Source: an uncultured Gammaproteobacteria bacterium
Lineage (GTDB): Bacteria; Pseudomonadota; Gammaproteobacteria; JABCZS01
Assembly: GCA_963848305.1 (NCBI GenBank)
Contig: CAWKDC010000001.1
Coordinates: forward strand, 640,001 to 704,000
Direction of reading: 5' to 3'
DNA length: 64,000 bases
This document shows, one piece after another, positions 40,621-51,325 of the stretch. The notes under the pieces were generated by a model. The model worked only from the letters and a program-made list of their open reading frames with translations. It was not told the origin of the DNA and did no database searches. Numbering within the stretch: the first letter of the stretch is position 1; each line of letters opens with the position of its first letter. The translations under genes were made by a program, and so were the position numbers.

Positions 40621-42700
40621 GTTTTTTTAATTCTCCTCGCATGTTGTGTTCGTTCACGTTTGATGTATTCTCGAAGCACGGGTACAATCGCTCCGATCAA
40701 TATCAATAGTACTAGTAAAGCTGGCCAAAACGTAGGCCTGTTTTCGGCATTCTGCATTTTGATACGTTCTTTCGCATCAATGGTTTGATATTTCAGTGTG
40801 TTGCCCGCCATCCCACTCACCACCACGTTACCATACCAAGGTTGTTTCAATAAAATGGATTGTGGGAAATATCCCCAGACCATGGGAGCATCTTTTTGAA
40901 TAATGGCATTCATTTCTTTGATCATGTTCAGACGTTCTGGTGAGTTTTCTGTTTTACGCATGTCTTGGAACAATGCATTAAACCTTTCATTGTTATAATT
41001 GGTGCTATTCACACCACTAAAATCTTTTTTTCCATTTTGTCCATACAGTATCATGAGAAAATTTTCAGGATCAGGGTAATCTCCTATCCAGCCCAATCCA
41101 AAAAATTGTGCATAGCCCTTTTCCAATTTTTGGCGAAAACGATTGTAATCGGTCAGACGCACATTTAAATTGATACCGATTTTTGCAAATTGTTTTCGCA
41201 TCCATGAAAAGCGGGATTTCTCCCCTGGATCACCTTGGCTTGATGCATCATAATGAATGACCAAAGGTTGTCCTGTGCTGGGATCGATACCGTTGGGATA
41301 GCCTGCATCGTGCATAAGCTGCTTGGCATATGCAATCGAACGTCGCTTAAGTTGCCCATTTTTCCATTCATACACATAGGGATTGATGCCGGCTGGCGGT
41401 GCTTCATAACCGTACATGCCTGGGGGAATGAGGCTTTGTGCTGGCGTGGCACGTTCATTGAGAAAAATGCTGATATATTCTTCTGTGTCGATCGCAATCG
41501 AAATCGCTTGTCGTAACTTTTGAGCCCGTTCACTGTCCCCGCCAACCACATCATCTAACATATTAAATCCCCAATAAAAATCGGCGATTCGAATTTCAGA
41601 GAGGAGTGAAATCCCCATTTGGTCGAGTTTGGGCGTGATCGTCGCCTGCCCTCCACCGGATTGGATAGCCTGGTCATAGTTATCTGATGTCAGTCCTGAA
41701 GCATCATAATATCCCTGCAAAAATTTATTCCAGCGGGGAATGGTTTCTTTTTCCAAAGTTAGAATCGCTGTGTCTATGAATGGCATGCGCTTACCTTGAA
41801 ATAATTCGCCATGAAAATTGGGGTTTTTCTGTAAAACCATACGCCGATTCGGGTTGTTTTCGGTCAGGTAAAATGGCCGATCCCTACGGGGAACCAATCT
41901 AACACAATATTTTTTTCAACAAGAAGTGGATTACTGTAAAATGCGTCTGCCTCCCAAGGCATGGGCGCAAAGAAAGGCATCGCTAGCCAATAAGGGAATT
42001 GTAAATATTTACCGTTGATTAAAATGTGATAATGTGTATCATCGATGGCCTCTGCCCCCTCAAAAGGTAGAGCAGGATCCCAGTGTTCGTGCAATGCTTG
42101 AAGACCCACAATGTATTCTTTCATGAACCCATAAATGGGAGAATTAATCTGAGGACTGGCCAATCGCTTTATTTCATACACAAAATCATCCGCAGTCACA
42201 ACACGCGTCCCTGAGAATTCAAAATCATATAATGTTTTGATATTTTTGGTATCGGCCGTTGTTAAATGATGATAACGGTATTCGCCTTGTTCATTTTTGG
42301 CAAAAGCGGGATGAGGTTGATATTGCATACCCGGCAATATTTCAATCTCATACCGTGTGAACGCGACTTCATCATGGGCTGCATTTTTGGGTAATGGCTG
42401 TTTGTTCTTATCTAAAAAAGTAACCTTTGGCATCTGTGCAGCAGCCAAAGGGATCAACTCATAAGGGCGTTTCAGATAATCGTATTGGAGTGGAGGCTCG
42501 TAAATTTGTTCAATGATGGATGATTCGTCGCTGGAATAAACCCGAGCAGGATCTAAAAAGCGTGGCCGCTCACTGAACGATGAAAAATAAATATTACTTT
42601 CACGTTCCGTTTTGGAATAAGGGCTGTTGGGCGTACCATCACATCCTGTTAGGAGGTTTATCAGCAGTGTCATTAAGATTAAAATGTTGATGCCACGCAA
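40617..42700 (-). CDS. Peptide ABC substrate-binding lipoprotein (OppA-like), frameshifted at ~41876
   Basis: Lipobox LTGC, LDPAR, VTADDFVY, WIGDYPDPENF; one added C restores PVG.GPFYL. Confidence 0.9.
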
Positions 42701-42715
42701 TGTTCAGACTTCCTA

Positions 42716-44674
42716 TCAGTTTGGAGGTGTCACACCCCCTGCGCAATGAGGACAAATGACCTTTTTAGCATATCCCGCCACCATATCAAAATCGCGCCGT
42801 GCAATAAACTCAGAGAGCTGCGATTTTAAATTGTCATTGAAGGCTTGTTCTTCATCAGTATTGCTGAAAGTTGGCAATTTGCCAGGATGAATGGCTGAAA
42901 CACCCAGCACAGCCACACCACTCATGGTAGGAACTATCTTGAAAACAGTTTTGTCTCCAACAGGCGTCTCAAAAGCGGCCTTCAGGATTTCGTAGGGAAT
43001 GCCTTGTTGCTGACGGTTTATTTTCTCGAGTTTCTTCCAGGTATAACCATGCTCATTGGCTATAAATTCAGGAGGAGAGCCCGCTACAAAGCCTCTCATG
43101 ATGAGCTTTGCCCTGTCATCTGCCAGTATACTTGCTTTGCGAGCAATGGCTGCTTGTTGAACGGCCTCTTTAACGCTGTCGAACGGCTTCAAATGGCTTT
43201 CTGTCAATTCAGTGGTGCGTAAGACCACCGCTTCATCAGGATTGATTTGCAGCAACTCACTGTTCAACTTTTCATGAAATGCTGATTTGTCAAATGCAGC
43301 TTCAATGATTTCTGGCATCTTGCCGATACCCGTGTTCTTTGCATTGTCCTCAGTGATTGTCATCGTCGCAGGGGTCAAGCCAAACTGTTTGACCATCGCA
43401 CTGAAATCGTTGCCTGATTGGAACGCCATGTCGGACAATTGTTTGACAGCCTCGTCATAACGTTTTGTGGTTTCATTCTGATACCATTCGTCAGTCAAAG
43501 CAGTACGCACTTGATCCAGGGGTTGTGCATGCGCAGGCTGAATATCTGTGACCAAAATCAAGTGATAACCGAACGGTGTTTCGACCGGCCCAACCACTTC
43601 GCCTTTAGGGGCTGCAAAGGCAGCGTCATCAAAAGAAGGTTCGAAGGTGCCTTTCGTCGTCAACCCCAAGTCCCCGCCTTGATCAGCACTGCCCGGATCT
43701 TCAGAATTCTCTTTGGCGAGTGCAGCAAAATCCCCGCCCGCGCGAAGGCGTGCTAACAGTTCTTCTGCCTTTTTATGTTGTGTTTGACGTTCCGCATCCG
43801 TCGCATTTTCAGGAACCGCAATGAGAATATGGGCAATATGACGCGTTTCAGGGGTTGTATAGCTTTCAATACGCTCCTGATACAGGGCTTTCAACGCTTC
43901 TTCAGGAACGGGCTCTTGCTTAACAGCTGCTGCAATGCCTGCACGATCCAGCACGATATATTCAATGGTCGCTTGTGCAGGTTCAGTGAATTCAGAATGA
44001 TGCCCATTGTAGTAGGCTTCCAACTCTGTTTGATTAACCGTCACATCTTTTTCAGTGGCCTTGGCGTCTATTTCTAAATAGCCGATGTCACGGGTTTGGT
44101 AGATTAAAGCGACCGCCGTCTTCATTTCTTCAGGCAATACAATGGCACTGCCACCAATGGCTGTACTGATTTGCATCAGCGCCAGGCGTTGCTGTATCTC
44201 TCTTAAAAATTCAGGCGGGGTTTGGTTGCGACTGGACAAAAATGCACGATAACGATCCAGAGAGAACTGCCCATCTTCTTGAAATTGAGGAACGCGCGCA
44301 ATGAAGGCATCAGCCTGTTCTTTATTGACCACAAACCCTTCGCGGGCGGCAAATTGATTTAATACAGACTCCATGATGATTTGTTGTTCTGCCATGCTTT
44401 TCACACGGGCTTCATCTTCGGGTTGCATGGCCATCCCTTTGGCCGCCATAGATTGTTGGTATTCCGCCATGACAGATTGCAAATTTTTGTCTAATTGAGG
44501 TTGCGTGAATTTATCGTGCCCGACTTTGAGCACAACTTTAACGGCAGGATCGTCACTACCAAAGAATGTGTCAATGTTGGCAGTAACGCCCCATATCACA
44601 AAAACACCGGCTACCAGGATGATAACGACCCAGGCGACCCAACCGTGTGCCCACTGACGAATTTGCTGTAGCAT
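42716..44674 (-). CDS. ppiD: Periplasmic chaperone/PPIase D
   Basis: N-terminal TM, SurA-like domain, parvulin HILI...SEDPGSADQGGDLG...FGYHLI. Confidence 0.9.
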   Translation of the reverse strand: MLQQIRQWAHGWVAWVVIILVAGVFVIWGVTANIDTFFGSDDPAVKVVLKVGHDKFTQPQLDKNLQSVMAEYQQSMAAKGMAMQPEDEARVKSMAEQQIIMESVLNQFAAREGFVVNKEQADAFIARVPQFQEDGQFSLDRYRAFLSSRNQTPPEFLREIQQRLALMQISTAIGGSAIVLPEEMKTAVALIYQTRDIGYLEIDAKATEKDVTVNQTELEAYYNGHHSEFTEPAQATIEYIVLDRAGIAAAVKQEPVPEEALKALYQERIESYTTPETRHIAHILIAVPENATDAERQTQHKKAEELLARLRAGGDFAALAKENSEDPGSADQGGDLGLTTKGTFEPSFDDAAFAAPKGEVVGPVETPFGYHLILVTDIQPAHAQPLDQVRTALTDEWYQNETTKRYDEAVKQLSDMAFQSGNDFSAMVKQFGLTPATMTITEDNAKNTGIGKMPEIIEAAFDKSAFHEKLNSELLQINPDEAVVLRTTELTESHLKPFDSVKEAVQQAAIARKASILADDRAKLIMRGFVAGSPPEFIANEHGYTWKKLEKINRQQQGIPYEILKAAFETPVGDKTVFKIVPTMSGVAVLGVSAIHPGKLPTFSNTDEEQAFNDNLKSQLSEFIARRDFDMVAGYAKKVICPHCAGGVTPPN

Positions 44675-44710
44675 ACGTATCCTTACAATATGTGAAGACT
44701 AGATGGTAAG

Positions 44711-44731
44711 AAGGGCGAATAAATCGCCCTT
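44711..44731 (-). terminator. Hairpin downstream of the tRNAs
   Basis: AAGGGCGA-ATAAA-TCGCCCTT. Confidence 0.5.
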
Positions 44732-44742
44732 ACCTACACATA

Positions 44743-44819
44743 TGGCGGAGTGGACGGGACTCGAACCCGCGACCCCCGGCGTGACAGGCCGGTATTCTAA
44801 CCGACTGAACTACCACTCC
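44743..44819 (-). tRNA. tRNA-Asp (GTC)
   Basis: GGAGTGGTAGTTCAG...CTGTCAC...GGTTCGAGTCC...CCA cloverleaf. Confidence 0.97.
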
Positions 44820-44827
44820 TAAACTGT

Positions 44828-44903
44828 TGGTGGGTGGTGAGGGGTTCGAACCCCCGACATTCGCCTTGTAAGGGCGACGCTCTACCAGCTGAGCTAACCA
44901 CCC
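44828..44903 (-). tRNA. tRNA-Val (TAC)
   Basis: GGGTGGTTAGCTCAG...CTTACAA...GGTTCGAACCC...CCA. Confidence 0.97.
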
Positions 44904-44963
44904 CAAACTGTGCGGCTATTCTATCGCACTTTTTCGCCTCTGCCTAGCGTTTTTTAAAAAAAA

Positions 44964-45254
44964 CTAAGCGATTTCGGCAGAATGTTGAACCAAATCTTTA
45001 AGCGCTTTCCCAACTTTAAACTTCACAACCTTGGCTTCAGGGATTGTAATGGATACACCTGTTTGTGGATTACGTCCTTCGCGTTCAGCGCGTGTGTCTA
45101 CCACAAATTTTCCAAAATCTGGCATCACAAATTCTTCCCCATTCGAGAGTGATTCGCGAATAGCGTCGAACACAGTATCGACAACGCGCAATGCTGCTGC
45201 TTTGGTGATTGTGTTCTTTTCTGAAACGATGTTGACTAAATCTGACTTGTTCAT
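44964..45254 (-). CDS. hupB: HU family DNA-binding protein
   Basis: MNKSDLV...FGKF...REGRNPQTG..I.I...FKVGKALKD; upstream of tRNA-Val/Asp and ppiD. Confidence 0.88.
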   Translation of the reverse strand: MNKSDLVNIVSEKNTITKAAALRVVDTVFDAIRESLSNGEEFVMPDFGKFVVDTRAEREGRNPQTGVSITIPEAKVVKFKVGKALKDLVQHSAEIA

Positions 45255-45322
45255 GAATGCCCCGTGTTGTTAAAAATGAGCCGTATTTATACCCATAGGA
45301 TATTCACAAGTCAAGGGTTTTA

Positions 45323-45493
45323 TCACACTTCGATCATTTCGAAATCATCTTTCACTGCGGCGCAATCAGGGCAGCGCCAGGTGAGTGGCACATCCGCCCA
45401 TGCAGTACCGGGCGCAATCCCATCTTCAGGCCAGCCCAGAGCCTCATCGTAGATGAACCCACATAATAAGCACATATAACGTTTATTGTTCAT
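45323..45493 (-). CDS. Rubredoxin (56 aa; absent from the ORF track)
   Basis: [56 protein letters not shown], two CxxC motifs. Confidence 0.95.
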   Translation of the reverse strand: MNNKRYMCLLCGFIYDEALGWPEDGIAPGTAWADVPLTWRCPDCAAVKDDFEMIEV

Positions 45494-45555
45494 CACTTAT
45501 GTTTCCTCTTACTCAAAATATTGACGACAAGATTTGCTCATCATTGGTTTGGGAC

Positions 45556-46326
45556 TTAGCTATTATTTGGAATCACGCTTTCATGTTTTTCCGTCTCGCT
45601 TTTAAGTCTTTCATTCTCGCTTTTAAGTTGTTCCGTCTCGCTTTTACGTCTTTCATACTCGCTTTCAAGTTTTTCCTTCTCGCTTACAAGTTTTTCATTC
45701 TTGCTTAAGAGGCATAAGCTTTTTATGGCGCTAGGGAGACTCCTTGTGCAAATGCCAAGCAAGCTAGCAGCCAGTATCAGCACCACTTTATAGCTTGCAA
45801 AGTAGATACATTTGTCTCTACGTGAGTCACCTGAGTCGATCATATCATTGGATAACACTGGCATCGCATCTTCCACCGACAAGTTCCCTGCCACGAGGGC
45901 ATACACACACAGAGAAGTAAAGGCTAAAGCCCCTATCACTTCGGCAATTACTGAAAGTGCATGTGACCTAAGATTCCCTTTTACCTCGAACCTATAAGCT
46001 TTGTATGCAGACATGGCAAAAGCAGCACCCCCCAATAACAGCAAAGCGCCTATCACAGGGTCATTGAAACCTGCTTCAGCGGTTTTGTGGGTTAATGAAT
46101 GAAGCGCTGAAGATGACTCAGTGTGATCATAATATTGATTCACCCCAACCATCGTTGCGCCCAAGAACCCGATGACAGCAACTGCTGACTGCACATAGAA
46201 CTGTTTTGATATTGTCGTTGGCTTAACGCTGCTTGAGCTTGGCATTTGTGCCACAGCAGCTGTCTCGCCACTGGACGCCTGAGTGATATCTTCATTTATT
46301 CGAAGAAGTGTGCCATTTTCCATCAT
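45556..46326 (-). CDS. Hypothetical multi-TM protein with C-terminal heptad-repeat coiled coil
   Basis: RBS GGAGGA; about four hydrophobic helices; six 7-aa repeats xE(K/R/Q)xxSE. Confidence 0.7.
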   Translation of the reverse strand: MMENGTLLRINEDITQASSGETAAVAQMPSSSSVKPTTISKQFYVQSAVAVIGFLGATMVGVNQYYDHTESSSALHSLTHKTAEAGFNDPVIGALLLLGGAAFAMSAYKAYRFEVKGNLRSHALSVIAEVIGALAFTSLCVYALVAGNLSVEDAMPVLSNDMIDSGDSRRDKCIYFASYKVVLILAASLLGICTRSLPSAIKSLCLLSKNEKLVSEKEKLESEYERRKSETEQLKSENERLKSETEKHESVIPNNS

Positions 46327-46605
46327 ATCCTCCCGTTCAACGAACATCGAAGCATGTTACGCGACTAGTTTTGCCTTGTTTATAGCTTGTTGCCATCAAG
46401 GCGTATCATACATGATGTCCATCATACCATGCTAGAATCCCTGGGTATATTGCGACCCAAGGAGTTTGCATGTCCACTCTTTCTCTCCCCTGATATTTCA
46501 TCACTGCATACTAAATTAACGCATTCTAAATTTTAATCCTGTCCCTGTCAATCCATTTGCTTTTTTTGATACTTTTTGATACAATGACCCCGGTTTTACC
46601 CTTGT

Positions 46606-47893
46606 TTGGAGTCTACCTTGCCTACCCTGTCTGAAAAACTCTTTGAGCGCGCCTTCCACGTCATTCCAGGTGGCGTCAACTCCCCTGTGAGGGCATTCAA
46701 GTCGGTCGGAGGTACCCCCCTGTTTATCAAAAGCGCACAAGGCGCCACTATCACAGATGCAGATAACAATACTTATATCGATTATGTCGGCTCCTGGGGG
46801 CCCATGATTGCTGGACACAACCACCCCAAAGTCCTCGCTGCTGTAAAAGAGGCCATTGAACAGGGTTTGAGTTTTGGTGCGCCGACTGAGAAAGAAGTTT
46901 TACTGGCTGAAAAAATTTGTCAACTCATGCCCACAATCGAACAAGTTCGCCTGGTGAACTCAGGCACAGAAGCAACCATGAGTGCCATCCGCCTTGCCCG
47001 GGGCTTTACCAAACGTGACAAATTCATCAAATTCATCGGTGGCTACCATGGCCATGCGGACTCCTTGCTGGTGGAAGCGGGTTCAGGCGGATTGACCTTT
47101 GGCGTCCCCAGTTCTGCCGGCGTCCCTGCTGGTCATGTGAAAGATACTTTATGCGCCCCTTACAACGACCTGGATGCTGTCAAAAAACTTATCAAAGCCA
47201 ATCCCGATCAAATCGCGGCCATCATCATTGAGCCCGTGGCGGGTAATATGAATTGCATTCCCCCTGTCCCTGGATTCTTACAGGGCTTGAGGGATGTATG
47301 CGATCAACACGGCATTGTATTGATATTCGATGAAGTGATGACAGGCTTCCGTGTGGCCCTTGGCGGTGCACAAGCTTTATATGGCATCCGTCCTGATTTA
47401 ACGACCCTGGGCAAGGTGATTGGCGGAGGCATGCCTGTGGGTGCCTTTGGTGGGCGTCGTGACATCATGGCCTGCATGGCGCCGCTTGGCCGTGTATCAA
47501 GCGGGGACATTGTCAGGCAATCCAATTGGCACAGCCGCCGGCCTCGCAAACTTGAGTTTGGTAGAAGTCCCTGGCTTTTTTGATACCCTTACGGCACGTA
47601 CGCAAGCACTCTGCGATGGATTGAAAGCCGCTGCCGCTTCCAAAGGCATTGCGATGCAAACACATTCAGTGGGTGGCATGTTTGGCCTTTTCTTCACAGA
47701 TCGTCCGGCTCCTGTCTCGCTCGATGAAGTGAAACACTGTAATGTCACTCGCTTCAATCAATTTTTTCATGCGATGTTGGATAATGGCATTTATTTGGCG
47801 CCTTCAGCGTTTGAAGCCGGGTTCGTATCCTCAGCACACACGGATCATGACATTGAACGAACGATTAAAGCTGCTTTAGTTGCTTTTTCCTGA
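46606..47893 (+). CDS. hemL: Glutamate-1-semialdehyde 2,1-aminomutase, frameshifted at ~47490
   Basis: [35 protein letters not shown], then [11 protein letters not shown] in the second frame. Confidence 0.95.
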
Positions 47894-47939
47894 TTATGTG
47901 TTATAAAAAATTGTATCACCTTTTATTAAGAGGCCTACA

Positions 47940-48668
47940 ATGGCAACTAAAGCTAAATCTCCCGCAAAGAAACCTGCGACCAAAGCGGCTCCCAAGGCCA
48001 AACCTGCTGCCAAGAAAGCTGTGAAGAAACCAGCGGCAACAAAAGCCAAAACAGCCGCAAAGCCAAAGACCCCGGCCAAAAAGCCCGTTGCTGTGACAGC
48101 CAAACGCCCGGCATCTAAAACAACTGCGACCAGCACAACGACAAAATCAACCACAACTGCAAAAAAGACTGGCAAAAAATCTCCAACTGTTGCAAAATCA
48201 CCCCGCGCTGCAAAGACAACTGTTGAGGCTAATGTGATGAATAATGTGTTAGATGTCCGTGAACTTGATTTTCAACCTTACTCGCTGAAAGAAAGCGAAG
48301 AGTACATGAACGCTGCCCAACTCGAGCATTTTCGAAAAATTTTGCTGGGATGGAAGCAAGCTTTGATGGAACAAGTCGATCAAACCGTTTCTCACATGCA
48401 AAATGAACCCGGCAACTTGGCTGATCCGAATGATTGCGCCACGCGGGAAGAAGAATTTAATTTAGAACTGCGTACTCGTGATCGTGAACGTCAGCTCATC
48501 AAAAAAATTGAATCGACTTTGCAGCAAATCAAGCAAAACGAATATGGTTTTTGCACACAATGCGGCGAAGAAATCGGCGTACGCCGATTAGAAGCGCGCC
48601 CTACCGCAAGCTTATGCATTGATTGCAAAACATTGGCGGAAATTCGTGAAAAACACTACTCCAGTTAA
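47940..48668 (+). CDS. dksA: RNA polymerase-binding protein DksA with K/A/P/T-rich N-terminal extension
   Basis: EYMN..QLEHF, DPND.A, LELRTRDRERQLIKKI, CxxC...CxxC zinc finger. Confidence 0.93.
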   Translation: MATKAKSPAKKPATKAAPKAKPAAKKAVKKPAATKAKTAAKPKTPAKKPVAVTAKRPASKTTATSTTTKSTTTAKKTGKKSPTVAKSPRAAKTTVEANVMNNVLDVRELDFQPYSLKESEEYMNAAQLEHFRKILLGWKQALMEQVDQTVSHMQNEPGNLADPNDCATREEEFNLELRTRDRERQLIKKIESTLQQIKQNEYGFCTQCGEEIGVRRLEARPTASLCIDCKTLAEIREKHYSS

Positions 48669-48669
48669 G

Positions 48670-49335
48670 CTGGATGTGCTCATGGCGATTGCTGAAAGGC
48701 ACTCTGTCCGTGCTTTTCTTGATATGCCTGTCGACAAGCACCTGATCGAAACCCTCCTGGAACATGCAGGCCGTGCGCCTTCCGGCAAAAACACGCAACC
48801 GTGGCATGTGGACATCGTGATGGGGCAATCTCTGCACACCCTCTCAGACGCCCTTCTCCAGGCACGCACGACAAATATGCCGGCAAACCCGGACTATCAA
48901 TATTACACCCAAGCACAGCAAGAGCCTTATGTTAGTCGCGCATTTGCATGCGGCATGGCTTTATACGGCGCATTAGACATAGACAGGCGTGACAAGGCAA
49001 AACGCCTGGCACAGTGGAACCTGAATTACCGTTTTTTTGGCGCTCCCGTGGGGTTGATCATTCATCTCGATAAAAATTTGGCCACAGGATCCTGGATGGA
49101 TTTGGGCATGTTCATTGAAAACATCCTGATAGGCGCTGTGGGTCTAGGCTTAGGCACGTGCCCACAAGCCTCGATCGCAGAATATCCCGACATTGTGCGT
49201 CAAAGCCTGGGTATTTCTGACGCGCACAGTATTGCCTGCGGTATTGCATTGGGGTACCCTGACGAGTCTCATCCGGTGAATCAGTACCGCACAGAACGTT
49301 TACCATTGAATGGATTTACAGTGTGGCATGACTGA
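48670..49335 (+). CDS. Nitroreductase family protein
   Basis: ERHSVRAF, RAPSGKNTQPW, FFGAP, GLGTCPQ, GIALGYPD. Confidence 0.92.
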   Translation: MDVLMAIAERHSVRAFLDMPVDKHLIETLLEHAGRAPSGKNTQPWHVDIVMGQSLHTLSDALLQARTTNMPANPDYQYYTQAQQEPYVSRAFACGMALYGALDIDRRDKAKRLAQWNLNYRFFGAPVGLIIHLDKNLATGSWMDLGMFIENILIGAVGLGLGTCPQASIAEYPDIVRQSLGISDAHSIACGIALGYPDESHPVNQYRTERLPLNGFTVWHD

Positions 49336-49350
49336 TGGTATGATGCGCCC

Positions 49351-50634
49351 ATGAGTATCAAACATTTTTTCAAGCGGCTTGTAACAGGCGACGCACCCAC
49401 CGGTACGGTTAAAAAGCTCTCACGCCAACAAATTCCCGATCATGTCTTATTGGTGGTCGAAAAATTATCACGGGCAGGTTATCAAGCCTACCTTGTTGGC
49501 GGCTGCGTACGAGACTTACTCACAGGCAGCCATCCCAAAGACTTCGATGTCACCACCGATGCGACACCGCAAGAAGTGCGCCGTCTTTTCCGCAACTCAC
49601 GCTTGATAGGCAGACGTTTTTTATTGGTGCATGTGTTTTTCAAAGATGACTTGATGGTGGAAGTGGCCACTTTCCGCGGCAACCCAACGGATCACAGCCA
49701 TCAACGCTCTCTGTCGCAAGAAGGCCGAATTTTACAAGACAATGTCTTTGGCAGCATTGAAGAAGATGCCATGCGACGCGACTTCACCATCAACGCATTA
49801 TTTTACAATCCCCTGCGCGATCAGATAATGGATTACACGGTAGGCCTAGCAGACATTGAACACCGCTTGATCCGCTTGATTGGTGATCCAGAAACCCGAT
49901 ACAGAGAAGATCCCGTCCGCATGTTGCGCGCTTTGCGTTTCGCCGCAAAATTAAATTTCAAGATTGAATCCAAAACGGAAGCCCCGCTGTATCACATGGG
50001 CAAATTATTATTATCTGTGCCCCCTGCCCGCCTATTTGAAGAAACCTTGAAACTCTTCACACATGGATATGCTTTATCGGTTTTGGCACTCTTGCGTCAG
50101 TATGGCTTTGATAACATTTTATTTCCCAGCATGGCCGGCTACACAGACAAAGATTGGACTTTGATCACAGGAGGCTTGAAGGCCACTGATGAACGCTATC
50201 ATGCCCACAAAACATGCTCCTCTTCTTTTTTAATCGCTTTATTTTTATATCCCGCTTACCGAGAGCGCGTGCTGTCGCTGAGCGCAGGGAAACGCGTGGG
50301 CTATCTCTTGAAGGAAGAAGCAATTGCGCAAGTACTCCGTACAGCTTGCGCGGTGCTGTGCATTCCGAAACGGATCACGTATACGGTTCGCTCGATTTGG
50401 CATTTACAATACGCATTGATCACCGTTAAACCCAATCAAGTCGAACGCTTGGTCGCGCATCCTGAGTTCCGTCCCGCCTTTGATCTCTTGTGGTTACGCG
50501 CAAACACGAATGAACCCGAACTGATGGAATGGGCAACTTGGTGGAAAAAACATTATGGTGATAGCGTGCCCGTTCAACATGAAGCCAAAAAATTACAAAA
50601 AAGAGGCGAGTTTCGTCGCAGACAACAGGGTTGA
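49351..50634 (+). CDS. pcnB: Poly(A) polymerase I
   Basis: LVGGCVRD, KDFDV, LIGRRF.LVHV (PAP signature), RRDFTIN, EDPVRMLR. Confidence 0.94.
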   Translation: MSIKHFFKRLVTGDAPTGTVKKLSRQQIPDHVLLVVEKLSRAGYQAYLVGGCVRDLLTGSHPKDFDVTTDATPQEVRRLFRNSRLIGRRFLLVHVFFKDDLMVEVATFRGNPTDHSHQRSLSQEGRILQDNVFGSIEEDAMRRDFTINALFYNPLRDQIMDYTVGLADIEHRLIRLIGDPETRYREDPVRMLRALRFAAKLNFKIESKTEAPLYHMGKLLLSVPPARLFEETLKLFTHGYALSVLALLRQYGFDNILFPSMAGYTDKDWTLITGGLKATDERYHAHKTCSSSFLIALFLYPAYRERVLSLSAGKRVGYLLKEEAIAQVLRTACAVLCIPKRITYTVRSIWHLQYALITVKPNQVERLVAHPEFRPAFDLLWLRANTNEPELMEWATWWKKHYGDSVPVQHEAKKLQKRGEFRRRQQG

Positions 50635-50638
50635 AAGC

Positions 50639-51118
50639 ATGACGGCTCAAAAAGCATTTATCGCGCTCGGCAGCAATCTTGATCACCCAACAGCGCAGCT
50701 GGAAAAAGCGATTCACTCCATTGGTGCGATTCCACAGTGTACATTACTTCAGATTTCTCCCTTTTATCAAACCAAACCGATGGGATTTACAGCACAAGAC
50801 GACTTTATCAATGCAGTTGTTTTGGTTGAAACCTCTCTGTCCCCGCTAACATTGCTACAACATTTAATGAACATTGAGCAATCACAGGGCCGTGTGCGCA
50901 CATTTAAAAATGCGCCTCGCACGATTGATTGTGACATTGTCTTGTTTGGCAACGTTGTGATGAATACACCCGAACTGACAATACCCCACCCCGGATTAAC
51001 TGAGCGGGATTTTGTCTTAAAACCCCTGCTCGATATCGCACCTGATGCTTGCCTGCCCGATGGGCGAAAGATTGGCGTGATTTGCACACCAAGTGTCCAG
51101 CATGCTGAACCTCTATAA
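50639..51118 (+). CDS. folK: HPPK (2-amino-4-hydroxy-6-hydroxymethyldihydropteridine diphosphokinase)
   Basis: IALGSNL, FINAV, PRTIDCDI, IPHP...RDFVL. Confidence 0.95.
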   Translation: MTAQKAFIALGSNLDHPTAQLEKAIHSIGAIPQCTLLQISPFYQTKPMGFTAQDDFINAVVLVETSLSPLTLLQHLMNIEQSQGRVRTFKNAPRTIDCDIVLFGNVVMNTPELTIPHPGLTERDFVLKPLLDIAPDACLPDGRKIGVICTPSVQHAEPL

Positions 51119-51138
51119 ATGTCGTAAAAGACTGCGAT

Positions 51139-51237
51139 TTAATAAAGCAGTCCAAAAAGATATAAAGGAATCCTATAGCCCATGCCAACTTCTAAACCAT
51201 CCACTGCCAAGTATGCATTTGGTTCATCTTTCAGATG
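51139..51237 (-). pseudogene. C-terminal remnant of an AAA_14/DUF4143-type ATPase
   Basis: Translates to HLKDEPNAYLAVDGLEVGMGYRIPLYLFGLLY*, resembling that family's IPLWLFGFLY terminus; no start codon. Confidence 0.6.
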
Positions 51238-51325
51238 TTATAAAGGACTTCTAATGTCACTGTCATCTACCTATTACAAAAAACCTCAATATTTGTAATA
51301 TACAGATGACACTTTTGCAAGGATC

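Noticed and set aside
45499-45708. + strand ORF with FILAFK repeats
   Set aside because: Antisense shadow of the 21-bp repeat in the minus-strand gene.
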